Positions 27,060-36,349 of a DNA stretch of 64,000 nt are shown in pieces (the first letter of the stretch is position 1; each line of letters starts with the position of its first letter). The translations under genes were made by a program, and so were the position numbers. The notes under the pieces were generated by a model, which had not been told where the DNA came from, did not search any database, and saw nothing but the letters and a program-made list of their open reading frames with translations. This DNA is from Candidatus Kerfeldbacteria bacterium. GTDB lineage: Bacteria; Patescibacteriota; Patescibacteriia; UBA9570; XYC2-FULL-38-9. The stretch spans positions 48,040 to 112,039 of the forward strand of contig JACPGJ010000002.1 in NCBI GenBank assembly GCA_016182555.1, in the 5' to 3' direction.

Positions 27060-28031
27060 ATGAAAAAGCTTATTGTCACGATTCCCGCATTCAATGAAGA
27101 GGAAAATATTGCCGAAGTGATTCGTGAAATTCCACGAACGATTCCGGGTATCGATTGTGTAGAAGTATTGGTTTTTGATGATGGGTCTACTGACCGAACA
27201 TGTGAACTTGCTCGTGCTGCTGGTGCTGAACATATTCGTACACATGCACGTAATAAAGGTTTGGCGATTACGTTTAAAGAATCGTTGTGGGAAGCATTAC
27301 AATTGGGCGCAGACATTATTGTGAACACCGATGGCGACAATCATTATGACCAATCACGCATTCCGGAGCTCGTTGCACCGATTTTGGCTGGAGCTGCTGA
27401 TATTACGATCGGTTCTCGGAAAGTCGCAGAGCTCGAGCACATGCCATTTCTGAATAAACATTTGAATAGAATTGGGAGTTATGTGTTGACGAAGTGGGTG
27501 GGCATGCCGCGGATGGATGTGTCCACTGGCTACCGTGGCTATTCACGCACTGCCGCGATTCAACTGGGCGTCTATTCGTTACATACATACGTGCATACTA
27601 CGCTGCTTTCCGCGCAAGATTTGCATTTGAATATTTTGGAAGTGCCGATTAAAGCCCGCAAAGTGACGCGTCGTTCGCGGTTGATTAAGAGTATTCCGAG
27701 TCATTTGTGGAAGGCGAGTGTGAATATTGTTCGTAATGTGGTGTTATTTCGACCGTTGCGTTTTTTCGGTATTTGTTCTGTAGTGTTGTTTGGCGTTGGA
27801 GCCGCAGCCATCAGTCGGTTCCTCTATTTTTATTTTATTGATGGTGGTCGTGGCCATGTGCAATCATTGATTCTTGCTGGAGTATTGATCATTCTCAGTT
27901 TCAATAGCTTGATGCTTGGGTTCTTGGGGTCTTCTATGGGGTGGTCGCGTAAAATTAGTGAAGAGATATTATTTTTTATTAAGAAAAGAGAATTAGAACA
28001 ATACACACATGACAAAGTTGATCACAATTAG
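27060..28031 (+). CDS. GT2 polyprenyl-phosphate glycosyltransferase (GtrB/DPM1-like) with C-terminal TM helices
   Basis: IVTIPAFNEEENI, VLVFDDGSTDRT, DGDNHYD (DxD), and two C-terminal TM segments. Confidence 0.75.
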   Translation: MKKLIVTIPAFNEEENIAEVIREIPRTIPGIDCVEVLVFDDGSTDRTCELARAAGAEHIRTHARNKGLAITFKESLWEALQLGADIIVNTDGDNHYDQSRIPELVAPILAGAADITIGSRKVAELEHMPFLNKHLNRIGSYVLTKWVGMPRMDVSTGYRGYSRTAAIQLGVYSLHTYVHTTLLSAQDLHLNILEVPIKARKVTRRSRLIKSIPSHLWKASVNIVRNVVLFRPLRFFGICSVVLFGVGAAAISRFLYFYFIDGGRGHVQSLILAGVLIILSFNSLMLGFLGSSMGWSRKISEEILFFIKKRELEQYTHDKVDHN

Positions 28032-28212
28032 CGACCAGCTCTTTTTAGAGCTTGAAGGAGTGCTCAAAAAAAAAGGAGGCGCTGCAGATATTCATGCCTA
28101 CGTGGAGGAATTGTTGCAAAAAGCCTTGCTTGCCGAAACCGATGGCATTTATAAGCCACACGATGAAGCAGAGATTCGTGATCGGTTGAAATCGCTTGGG
28201 TACATTGATTAA
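28009..28212 (+). CDS. Ribbon-helix-helix (CopG/Arc-like) small protein, paralog A
   Basis: 67 aa. The N-terminal beta-strand/helix pattern and the C-terminal ...EAEIRDRLKSLGYID are shared with the 38832-39038 product (...EADVKKRLEDLGYLD). Confidence 0.45.
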   Translation: MTKLITISDQLFLELEGVLKKKGGAADIHAYVEELLQKALLAETDGIYKPHDEAEIRDRLKSLGYID

Positions 28213-28241
28213 ACGTATTGGTGTGCTACGACCTTCACGCC

Positions 28242-28293
28242 AATTCTTCGAGAGCTTCGTTTTGCTTCGCAAATACGTGCTCTCTCCAGAATT
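28242..28293. repeat. Palindromic intergenic repeat, copy A (reverse orientation) of AATTCTGGAGAGAGCACGTATTTGCGAAGCAAAACGAAGCTCTCGAAGAATT
   Basis: 52-bp core with internal inverted repeats AATTCT/AGAATT and GAGAGC/GCTCTC. Other copies at 34444-34495, 36275-36326 and 43921-43972. Confidence 0.75.
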
Positions 28294-28334
28294 GTCGTTA
28301 CGGTCGTACATATAACCACTAACTTATTATATTT

Positions 28335-29501
28335 ATGGAACATGTTTTAATCCCTCCTCATGGTAACGTATTAGTCAATCGCGTATTATCTCCGGAGCAC
28401 GCGAAGGTGGCAAAAGAAAAAGCTGCTTCATTAGTACAAATCACGATTGACGAAGAACAGATTAAAGATATTAAAAATATTGCGCGTGGTGTATTGAGCC
28501 CATTGACTGGCCTGATGAACGAAGCCGATTTTGTGCGTGTGGTGAATGAAATGCGCTTAGCGAATGGTATACTCTGGTCGATGCCAATGGTATTAGATGT
28601 GAGTGAAGAAGAAGCTGGCCGCATGAAAACTGGTGACGAAGTGGCGTTGATAGACGAGCAAAAAAATGTGATTGCGATTCTTCATGTTGGCGATATCTAT
28701 TCTTATGATGCTATGCATGTAACGCGGCAAGTCTATGGAACAAATGACCAGGCGCATCCGGGCGTGGACCGTTGGATGAAAATGAAACCGCTCCTTGTGG
28801 GTGGGTTGATCGACTTGGTGGATAACTCCAAGGAACCGTATTATGAATTTAACCTTGATCCATTAGAAACTCGTTTTTTGTTTAAGACTCGTGGGTGGAA
28901 AACCGTAGTGGGTTTTCAAACGCGTAATGCACCGCACCGAGCTCATGAATATTTACAACGTATCGGTTTAGAATTATGTGATGGGCTGTTTATCAACCCA
29001 ATTATTGGTATGAAAAAAGTTGGTGATTTCAAAGATGAGATGATCATGAAAACATACGATTACATGGCGAAGCAAGTATATGCGAAAGACCGCGTGGTTT
29101 GTTCTATTTTACCGTCGCGCATGAATTATGCTGGTCCTCGGGACGCTATTTACCACGCCATTATTCGCAAAAACTTTGGTTGTACGCATTTCATTGTTGG
29201 CCGTGACCATGCCGGCGTTGGTGATTATTATGGCACATACGCTGCGCAAGAAATTTTTGAAAACATTGCCGCAGAAGATATTGGCATCACCATTTTGAAG
29301 CTCGAAAATTCGTTTATGTGTAAGAAGTGTGAAACGGTTTCGACCTCGAAAACTTGTGGCCATCAGGACTCCGACCGTGTTCCACCTTCCGGCACCAAAA
29401 TTCGTAACTTGTTGACTGAGAAAAAACCAGTGCCATGGGAAATTATGCGCCCCGAAGTAGTAGAAATTTTGTTGTCGGTCGATAATCCGTTTGTGGAATA
29501 A
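28335..29501 (+). CDS. sat: Sulfate adenylyltransferase (ATP sulfurylase)
   Basis: GFQTRNAPHRAHEYLQ (the QTRN/HRAHE active-site motifs), preceded by a PUA-like N-domain. Confidence 0.85.
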   Translation: MEHVLIPPHGNVLVNRVLSPEHAKVAKEKAASLVQITIDEEQIKDIKNIARGVLSPLTGLMNEADFVRVVNEMRLANGILWSMPMVLDVSEEEAGRMKTGDEVALIDEQKNVIAILHVGDIYSYDAMHVTRQVYGTNDQAHPGVDRWMKMKPLLVGGLIDLVDNSKEPYYEFNLDPLETRFLFKTRGWKTVVGFQTRNAPHRAHEYLQRIGLELCDGLFINPIIGMKKVGDFKDEMIMKTYDYMAKQVYAKDRVVCSILPSRMNYAGPRDAIYHAIIRKNFGCTHFIVGRDHAGVGDYYGTYAAQEIFENIAAEDIGITILKLENSFMCKKCETVSTSKTCGHQDSDRVPPSGTKIRNLLTEKKPVPWEIMRPEVVEILLSVDNPFVE

Positions 29502-29511
29502 TGTCATTGGT

Positions 29512-29603
29512 TTGATCCTCTCGAGGCATCTGTTCGTTGCTAGCGTCCACCCCTTCGGGGATGGCCGACAAATCGCATCTTCACAGATGCCTCTGCGGAT
29601 CAA
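29512..29603 (+). ncRNA. Structured GC-enriched intergenic element (nested stems, including a CCCC-UUCG-GGGG tetraloop hairpin)
   Basis: Outer stems TTGATCC/GGATCAA and AGGCATCTG/CAGATGCCT enclose gtccaccccttcggggatggc. Not followed by a U-run on either strand. Confidence 0.3.
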
Positions 29604-29666
29604 AAAATAGATACACCACTACGGATTTCAATATCAAGCTATAATAAATACTATTGGCAATTATCC

Positions 29667-30683
29667 ATGTCCTTATCTATAGATTTTCAAGAATATATAG
29701 AAGAGCAGCAGCCAAATAAATTGTTGTTGTTGTACCATTGGGATACCGACGGTTTGGCGTGTGCGGCGTTATTTTTGAATTATTTGGATGTCGCAAGTCC
29801 GAATACTGAAGTGGTGTTGATGCACCCAACAATTAACAATTATTTTTTGCTTCCGCGGGAGTATGCGCAGATTGCCGCGATGAATGTAGATGCCATTCTC
29901 ACGACCGATATTAATTTCCCACCCGATGTGTTTACTCGGTTGGAGCAAATCGTGCAGCCCGTATTTGTGTTTGACCATCATTCGCAAACCGCGGGCATTG
30001 GAAAGCCTGGTGTGCAAAATCCAAATTATCCTGGCTGTTCGATGCTGGTGAATGATTATTTAATGCAGCCGTTGTCTTTGGTCTCCGTGTTGGGTATGGT
30101 GGGTGATCAAGAAGAACGTATCCGAGAGTTCACCGCTTTTTATCCGCAAGTGGAAGAGATGATGAAAGAACATGGATTGTCGTTTGAAGAAATATTACGT
30201 CTGACGAAATTGATTGACACGATGTATATTGTGGGCGACACGGAAGGATTAGAATATGCGATTGCATTGTTGCGCCGTAATCCTATTGATGCGCTGACTG
30301 ACCAACGCTTGTTGAGCGCGGAAAAAGAGATCGCCGCAGAATTAGCGCGTGAATGTGCAAAAGAAATGAAACCGATGGGCGAGCATGTGTTGTACCAGCC
30401 GATTGATTCGCGGATGAGTTTAATTTCCGAAGTTACCCGTGCTCGTGCCCGCGAATTTCCAGAGAGCATTATCATGACCGATCACGTGCGTGGCGATGAT
30501 GCTAGCCTGTATCTTCGGCGCCGCAATGCACCAATTGACTTGGGCTGCGTGGTTGATTTGGCGCGAAAACTCGGTTACAATGCTGGAGGAAAGCCGGAAG
30601 TGGCAGGCGTCGTGTTGCCCGCAAAAGCGCTTGTCGATTTCCGTGCACAAGTGATTCAATTATTAGAACAACTTTATGGATAA
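29667..30683 (+). CDS. DHH-family phosphoesterase (NrnA-like pAp phosphatase/nanoRNase)
   Basis: LLLYHWDTDGLACAA (DHH motif I/II region), VFVFDHH (DHH motif III) and a DHHA1-like C-terminus. Sits between sat and cysC. Confidence 0.65.
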   Translation: MSLSIDFQEYIEEQQPNKLLLLYHWDTDGLACAALFLNYLDVASPNTEVVLMHPTINNYFLLPREYAQIAAMNVDAILTTDINFPPDVFTRLEQIVQPVFVFDHHSQTAGIGKPGVQNPNYPGCSMLVNDYLMQPLSLVSVLGMVGDQEERIREFTAFYPQVEEMMKEHGLSFEEILRLTKLIDTMYIVGDTEGLEYAIALLRRNPIDALTDQRLLSAEKEIAAELARECAKEMKPMGEHVLYQPIDSRMSLISEVTRARAREFPESIIMTDHVRGDDASLYLRRRNAPIDLGCVVDLARKLGYNAGGKPEVAGVVLPAKALVDFRAQVIQLLEQLYG

Positions 30684-32073
30684 ACGAAAAGTGATGGTGA
30701 TTGGTTTAGATTGTGCCACACCGCAATTATTATTCGAACGGTATAAAAAAGATTTACCGAATATTTCGCGTTTGATGGAACAGGGGACATGGGGAAAGTT
30801 ACGCAGTACCACCCCACCTATTACGGTTCCGGCATGGGCAGCGATGACCACTTCGAAACACGCTGGTGATTTAGGCGTGTATGGTTTTCGTTCACGGAAA
30901 GCTGGGGCGGCGTATGACGATATGGATATTGCGCATGGCGGCATGATTACTGAAAAACGTGTGTGGGACTATTTGGGTGATGCCGGGTACAAAGTGGGCA
31001 TGCTTGGTGTTCCACAAACCTACCCCATCACGAAGCCGGTCAATGGCATGCAAGTGACGTGTTTTCTCACTCCAAGCACAAAAGATGAATTCACCTGGCC
31101 GCGTGAACTCAAAAAAGAAATTGTAGATATGGTCGCGCCCGATGACTATATTTTTGATTTTGCGAATCGTTCACAAGAGCCACCGGAAAAGGCGCTCGAA
31201 ATTATTATCAAAATGACGAAACAGCGTCAGAAAATTTTTCGCCATTGGGTGCAAAATAAGAACTGGGATTTTTTGATGATGGTAGAAATGGGGGTAGATC
31301 GCATTCACCATTACCTGTGGCATTTTATGGATCCACAGCATAAAGATTATCTACCGGGTAACCCATTTGAAGGAAAGATTTTAGATTATTACCGCGATAT
31401 CGATGCGTTTATTGGCGAGATGCAGCAATTGGCGCCAAAAGATACGGTATTGTATGTTGTCTCTGACCACGGCGCAAAACGGATGGAAGGAATGTTTGTG
31501 ATTAACGAATGGTTAATCGACCATGGATATTTAGTATTGAAATCATTTCCATCAACACCAACGACTATTGAAAAATGTGATGTGGATTGGAGCCGTACCA
31601 AAGCGTGGGCGTGGGGTGGGTTCTATTCTCGATTGTTTGTGAATGTAGCTGGCCGCGAACCACAGGGATGCGTTCCACCAGAAGAAGTTGATGCGTTGCT
31701 GGAAGAGATTCGCACCAAGCTTATGGAAGAGCGCGTGGGACCAAATGGTGAAGAGATGCCGCCGCACCAAATTTATCGCTCGCAGGAGTTATATGATGTC
31801 ACGAATGGTGATTCACCTGATTTGTTGATTTTTTGGGGAGACCTGTTTTGGAAAGTAGCGGGAACCGTTGGGTATCACACCCACTACATTGAACACGATG
31901 ACAAAGGGTTGGATTATGGCGTGCATGATTGGAATGGAGTGTTTGTGAAATATGATCCTGCGCATCCTGGGAAGGGCGAACGCCCTGACTTGAATATTTT
32001 GGATGTCACCCCAACTATTTTACATGATTTTGGTATAACCATTCCGAGTGGCTTGCGAGGGAAAGTAATATAA
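30676..32073 (+). CDS. Alkaline-phosphatase-superfamily protein (type I phosphodiesterase/nucleotide pyrophosphatase-like)
   Basis: VIGLDCATPQLL...TPPITVPAWAAMTTSKHAGDLGVYGF matches the NPP/Phosphodiest metal-site and nucleophile-Thr region. Paralogous to 36350-37963. Confidence 0.6.
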   Translation: MDKRKVMVIGLDCATPQLLFERYKKDLPNISRLMEQGTWGKLRSTTPPITVPAWAAMTTSKHAGDLGVYGFRSRKAGAAYDDMDIAHGGMITEKRVWDYLGDAGYKVGMLGVPQTYPITKPVNGMQVTCFLTPSTKDEFTWPRELKKEIVDMVAPDDYIFDFANRSQEPPEKALEIIIKMTKQRQKIFRHWVQNKNWDFLMMVEMGVDRIHHYLWHFMDPQHKDYLPGNPFEGKILDYYRDIDAFIGEMQQLAPKDTVLYVVSDHGAKRMEGMFVINEWLIDHGYLVLKSFPSTPTTIEKCDVDWSRTKAWAWGGFYSRLFVNVAGREPQGCVPPEEVDALLEEIRTKLMEERVGPNGEEMPPHQIYRSQELYDVTNGDSPDLLIFWGDLFWKVAGTVGYHTHYIEHDDKGLDYGVHDWNGVFVKYDPAHPGKGERPDLNILDVTPTILHDFGITIPSGLRGKVI

Positions 32074-32077
32074 GGCA

Positions 32078-33757
32078 GTGAACCATAGTATCCGACAGTT
32101 GACTGTATACCGATTTCGCATCGCATTAGTTGTTATTTTGTTTGGTGCGGCCTGGTTACGGCTCTATGATATTGCAGAAGTGAAGAATGTGGATGAGCCG
32201 AACATTATTCATCGTGCGGTGAGTGTGGCGAATGGGCAGATGCATATTCACTGGTACAACTGGCCAGGGCAATCATTGATTCGTATTGATGGGGTAGTGT
32301 TTAAAATGGTGCAGATGACACGCGCAGTGAGCAATTCAGATTGGCGTCAGCCCATGACTGTGTTATATCAAGAACAAAAAAATTATTTTGAAACCATTGC
32401 TCATATAGTCACAGTTCTATTTGGGTTGATTTCTATTACGTTGGTCTTTTTCATCGCCGAACGATTATATTCTTCATTCGCTGGTACCCTTGCGGCACTT
32501 TTTCTATCCGTGAGTTATTTACATGTACGCCACTCGCGGTTTGCCACGCCAGATGTGCCGATGACCACGGCATTGTTAGCAAATATTTTGATTGCTCTTT
32601 TGTTATGGAATGAACAGCGTGCAAAGCGTGTACAACTTCTGTACCTGTTGGCGGGTATCGTAGTTGGTTTTGCTATTGCGACAAAATACACTGGTGCACT
32701 TGCGTTGATACCGATTATTTTCGTTCATATCATTCGATTTTTTGAACAGTATCACTGGCAGTGGAAAAAAATTATTCGTTCGAGTTGGCGTCTAATCAAT
32801 CTACCCGTACTGTTATTCTTCTTAGGCGCATTGGCTATGCATACCGTATTGAATCCATTTTTCTTTGTAGATATTCAAGCAATTCTGAAGCAATTATTGT
32901 ATGAAGCTCAACCGATCCGTATGGGGGTTGATTGGTCGGGTCAGAAGTATATTTTTTTGAAGAATCTACTCTTTTATCTCCGCGGGCCATTTGCTTGGAG
33001 TGGAACAGCCATTACCGGTATTGCCTATACAACTATTCTGTATAGTCTTTGGCGTTTTCATCGCACACGTTGGCGACCATTCACAGTGTTGAGTATTTTT
33101 TTTGTTATGACATTAGTTGGATTATCGTCCTTGGGTCTGCATTGGAGTCGTTGGGCTGTGCCATTTTCACCACTCATTGCAATTGCTGCTGGCGTTGGGA
33201 TTGCCGCTATTGTGGTCAAGATTCAGCAGCGCTGCAGACAACAGTTTCTCGTAGCGAGCATCACGACGTTTTTTTTAGTGATGATTATTTTTCCTCAAGC
33301 GTTGGTGAGCTTTGTCGCTGTGCATAGTTTTGAAGATCAAAGTACCTCACGGCAAATGGGTAAGTATATTCGTCAACATCTACCCACGGGAAGTACGATT
33401 GTCGCTGACACCTATTATCTTGAAACGGGTAAAGATTATCGCCTAGAAACTCCTCGCATGAAATTATATGCGCGCCTGCCAGAAGACTATCGCCAACAAG
33501 GAGTGGATTATTTGGTGATTAAAACGCAGCGTCATTCCTACGCCCGAAAACAGCCAGAGCTGTATCCAGAGATATTGACATTTTTTGATCAGCTGGACTA
33601 TTCAGCAAAAAAGATTGTCAGAGTTGTGCCAACGGATGATTCTTTGTTGAACCATAAGCGCGATATAGGGGTATATACATGGCTAGCGCAGCATGGATTT
33701 TCCAATCTCTTTTCTATTGAAAATGGAGGTGCGTTGACGCTGTATCAATTGCCATAA
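32078..33757 (+). CDS. Polytopic membrane protein, GT-C-fold glycosyltransferase-like (PMT/ArnT-like), uncertain
   Basis: About 12 predicted TM helices with an N-terminal hydrophilic loop containing DEP. Architecture similar to 46578 and 48547. Confidence 0.4.
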   Translation: MNHSIRQLTVYRFRIALVVILFGAAWLRLYDIAEVKNVDEPNIIHRAVSVANGQMHIHWYNWPGQSLIRIDGVVFKMVQMTRAVSNSDWRQPMTVLYQEQKNYFETIAHIVTVLFGLISITLVFFIAERLYSSFAGTLAALFLSVSYLHVRHSRFATPDVPMTTALLANILIALLLWNEQRAKRVQLLYLLAGIVVGFAIATKYTGALALIPIIFVHIIRFFEQYHWQWKKIIRSSWRLINLPVLLFFLGALAMHTVLNPFFFVDIQAILKQLLYEAQPIRMGVDWSGQKYIFLKNLLFYLRGPFAWSGTAITGIAYTTILYSLWRFHRTRWRPFTVLSIFFVMTLVGLSSLGLHWSRWAVPFSPLIAIAAGVGIAAIVVKIQQRCRQQFLVASITTFFLVMIIFPQALVSFVAVHSFEDQSTSRQMGKYIRQHLPTGSTIVADTYYLETGKDYRLETPRMKLYARLPEDYRQQGVDYLVIKTQRHSYARKQPELYPEILTFFDQLDYSAKKIVRVVPTDDSLLNHKRDIGVYTWLAQHGFSNLFSIENGGALTLYQLP

Positions 33758-33812
33758 GGGATCAATTTCTGTATACTTAAATATGTATATTACCAGGTGA
33801 ATTTTTTATTTT

Positions 33813-34418
33813 ATGCAACAAAAAGCAACAAATATTACGTGGCACGATGGCGAGGTAACCAAAACTCACCGCGAAGGTTTGCTGAAACAACAAGGGGTTA
33901 TTTTGTGGTTTACGGGTTTATCCGGTTCAGGGAAATCCACGATTACCGTGGCGTTGGAACAGGCGCTATATCAACATGGCCACGCCAGTTACCGGTTAGA
34001 TGGCGACAATATTAGGCATGGGTTGAATAAAGATTTAGGGTTTTCACCTGAAGACCGGACAGAAAATATCCGTCGGATTGGGGAAGTCGCAAAACTCATG
34101 ATGGACGCTGGTTTAGTAGTGATGACTTCATTTATTTCTCCATACCGCGCAGATCGTGATTTAGCTCGCAGCCTCGTCGCGCCAGGAGAATTTTTGGAAA
34201 TATACGTAAAATGTTCGTTGGAAAAATGTGAAGAGCGTGACCCGAAAGGCTTGTACAAAAAAGCCCGTGCAGGTGAGATTCCAGAATTTACAGGTATTAG
34301 CGCTCCGTATGAAGAACCAGAAGAACCGGAACTGGTGTTGGATACCGCCACGCTGAGTGTGGATGAAGCTGTGCAAACGATTCTTGAATACTTGAAACAG
34401 CATAACTACATTCATTAG
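33813..34418 (+). CDS. cysC: Adenylyl-sulfate kinase
   Basis: [18 protein letters not shown]-loop and ...[34 protein letters not shown], the canonical APS kinase. Confidence 0.9.
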   Translation: MQQKATNITWHDGEVTKTHREGLLKQQGVILWFTGLSGSGKSTITVALEQALYQHGHASYRLDGDNIRHGLNKDLGFSPEDRTENIRRIGEVAKLMMDAGLVVMTSFISPYRADRDLARSLVAPGEFLEIYVKCSLEKCEERDPKGLYKKARAGEIPEFTGISAPYEEPEEPELVLDTATLSVDEAVQTILEYLKQHNYIH

Positions 34419-34443
34419 TATTATTTCATTTGGCCGTAACGGC

Positions 34444-34495
34444 AATTCTGGAGAGAGCACGTATTTGCGAAGCAAAACGAAGCTCTCGAAGAATT
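34444..34495. repeat. Palindromic intergenic repeat, copy B
   Basis: Core identical to copy A (reverse-complemented). The flanks ccgtaacggc / ggcgtgaagg also match copy A. Confidence 0.75.
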
Positions 34496-34529
34496 GGCGT
34501 GAAGGACCAAATGTAGAGATGTATCATCC

Positions 34530-36245
34530 ATGAAGAAACATTTTTTCAAAATAATTATTATACTCGCAATCTGTATTGGTATTGGTGTGGGTTCGGGTGT
34601 TGTCTATTTTAATGATCACGCATGGGGTGCGTGGGGAGATGATTCGGCGGGGTATATCTATCTTGCTGGTCGCATGTATTCTGGAAAACCATTAATTTAC
34701 ACAGATGACTTAGCGTTGTCTGGTTTCAATTTTTTTGGAGATGAAAAATTGGCACGATGGTTACTGCCTACTCATCATCAATTTATTAACACGCACGGGG
34801 TTGCCGCATCCAAATATCCAGTGGGGCTATCGCTGTTGATGGTGCTTGCTGCAAAAATAATGCATTCCTCTTTTGGTTTTTATTTGTTGAATCCGTTGCT
34901 TGCCGCCGTGAACCTTGCACTCATCTACCTGTTAGCCCTCGTACTCTTTCCAAAATATCGATACCGGCATGCCATTGGCGTGCTTGCGTCATTCTTTCTT
35001 GGTATTTCGCACTTATACTACGACCATGCTCTTGCACAGCCAATGCGTGAAATTCCCTCTATAACGTTTTTATTATTGATGGCCATTCCACTCGTAAGAG
35101 TATTGGATCGTTTTCAAGAAAAACATATTTCAGCAAGAGATCGGTTGTTGAATTATGCGTTGTTGGCGCTTGCCGGTCTTGCCTATGGTATAGCGATTGA
35201 TGTTCGGGAGACGAGTATTATGTTATTTCCCGGAATCGTTCTTGCTGTATTGATGGTGTTGCGAAAACAATGGCGCGCAGTGATCATCAATGGAGCAGTA
35301 TTTATATTCATGATGGCGATTGCCCTCACTCCAACGATTCTCAACTCCATTCATCTCTCGGAGGATAAGGAAGTATTCAAAGCACGCGATAAAAGTTCAG
35401 TGGTGATTTTGTCGAATATCAACCACTTGGATACCATTAGTACCGATAATGTTTTTGACAATGAAGGACGTTTTCGTCCAGGAAAAGGTTCATTGCCGCA
35501 TTATTGGGACATTATGCAACAAGCCTCTCCGGTGCCATATTTTCTGGCATTTGTATTGCTCGGAATTATTTTTCTCTGGCGTATGAACAAGCCCAAGACG
35601 ATATTTTTATTGCTTTGGTGTCTTGGTACGCTCACCATTTTTGCTTTATGGATCAACCCATACTCTCGGTATATTTTACCAATGTTTCCACCACTCATGT
35701 TGTTTGCCAGTTTTGGTATTTGTTCATTTTTTCAAGAGTTTCTTCCTCGTGTTGTTCCAGAGCGGCGTGTCGTCCGTGTGCTGGCGTTTGTGGTCGTTGC
35801 TATTACATTTGGTTATGGGTATCAACCATTATTTGCAGAAGTGAAAGAGAATTTGCATAGCGATGTCTATATATTCAAAGCGATATCCAAAACTGATTTA
35901 GAAACGTTGATCGACTTGGGTGGCCAGTTGAAAACGTATCAGAAACCGGTATTGATGTTTTCCGGTTCGTGGCAATATGGAACGAGTGAAACATTAGAAG
36001 CCCATACGGGTTTGAAAGCTATTCGGTTTCCACTAGAGCAGCGTTTCGATTTTAGTAAAGACGAAGTATATACTTTTTTTAACCAGATGCTCGGAGATGG
36101 ATATACATTGTTCGTTTGGATTGATGCCACGTCATCACCTGAAGCCTTAGATTTTGTGAATCAATATAACGGTGAAGAAATTAAAACACTTCAATTTACT
36201 TTTCAGCCGGATGTTCATATTTATTCTGTTTCTTTGCAACGATAA
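34530..36245 (+). CDS. Polytopic membrane protein, probable GT-C-type glycosyltransferase, uncertain
   Basis: 571 aa with many TM helices. No soluble catalytic domain recognised. Confidence 0.4.
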   Translation: MKKHFFKIIIILAICIGIGVGSGVVYFNDHAWGAWGDDSAGYIYLAGRMYSGKPLIYTDDLALSGFNFFGDEKLARWLLPTHHQFINTHGVAASKYPVGLSLLMVLAAKIMHSSFGFYLLNPLLAAVNLALIYLLALVLFPKYRYRHAIGVLASFFLGISHLYYDHALAQPMREIPSITFLLLMAIPLVRVLDRFQEKHISARDRLLNYALLALAGLAYGIAIDVRETSIMLFPGIVLAVLMVLRKQWRAVIINGAVFIFMMAIALTPTILNSIHLSEDKEVFKARDKSSVVILSNINHLDTISTDNVFDNEGRFRPGKGSLPHYWDIMQQASPVPYFLAFVLLGIIFLWRMNKPKTIFLLLWCLGTLTIFALWINPYSRYILPMFPPLMLFASFGICSFFQEFLPRVVPERRVVRVLAFVVVAITFGYGYQPLFAEVKENLHSDVYIFKAISKTDLETLIDLGGQLKTYQKPVLMFSGSWQYGTSETLEAHTGLKAIRFPLEQRFDFSKDEVYTFFNQMLGDGYTLFVWIDATSSPEALDFVNQYNGEEIKTLQFTFQPDVHIYSVSLQR

Positions 36246-36274
36246 CAGGTAAATGTTTTTTGAGCTGTAGAGAA

Positions 36275-36326
36275 AATTCTGGAGAGAGCACGTATTTGCG
36301 AAGCAAAACGAAGCTCTCGAAGAATT
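36275..36326. repeat. Palindromic intergenic repeat, copy C (between convergent genes)
   Basis: Extended palindrome gagaaaattctgg...ccagaattttctc. Confidence 0.75.
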
Positions 36327-36349
36327 TTCTCGAAAGGCTAAAAAGAGGA

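Noticed and set aside
28045-28311. ORF-track CDSs 28045-28311(-), 34161-34475(-), 43723-44031(+) and the N-terminal extension of 43146-43952(-), which share peptides such as SGESTYLRSKTKLS and MLRKYVLSPELPL
   Set aside because: The shared peptides are translations of the palindromic intergenic repeat in its two orientations. These are artefactual ORFs, not a protein family.
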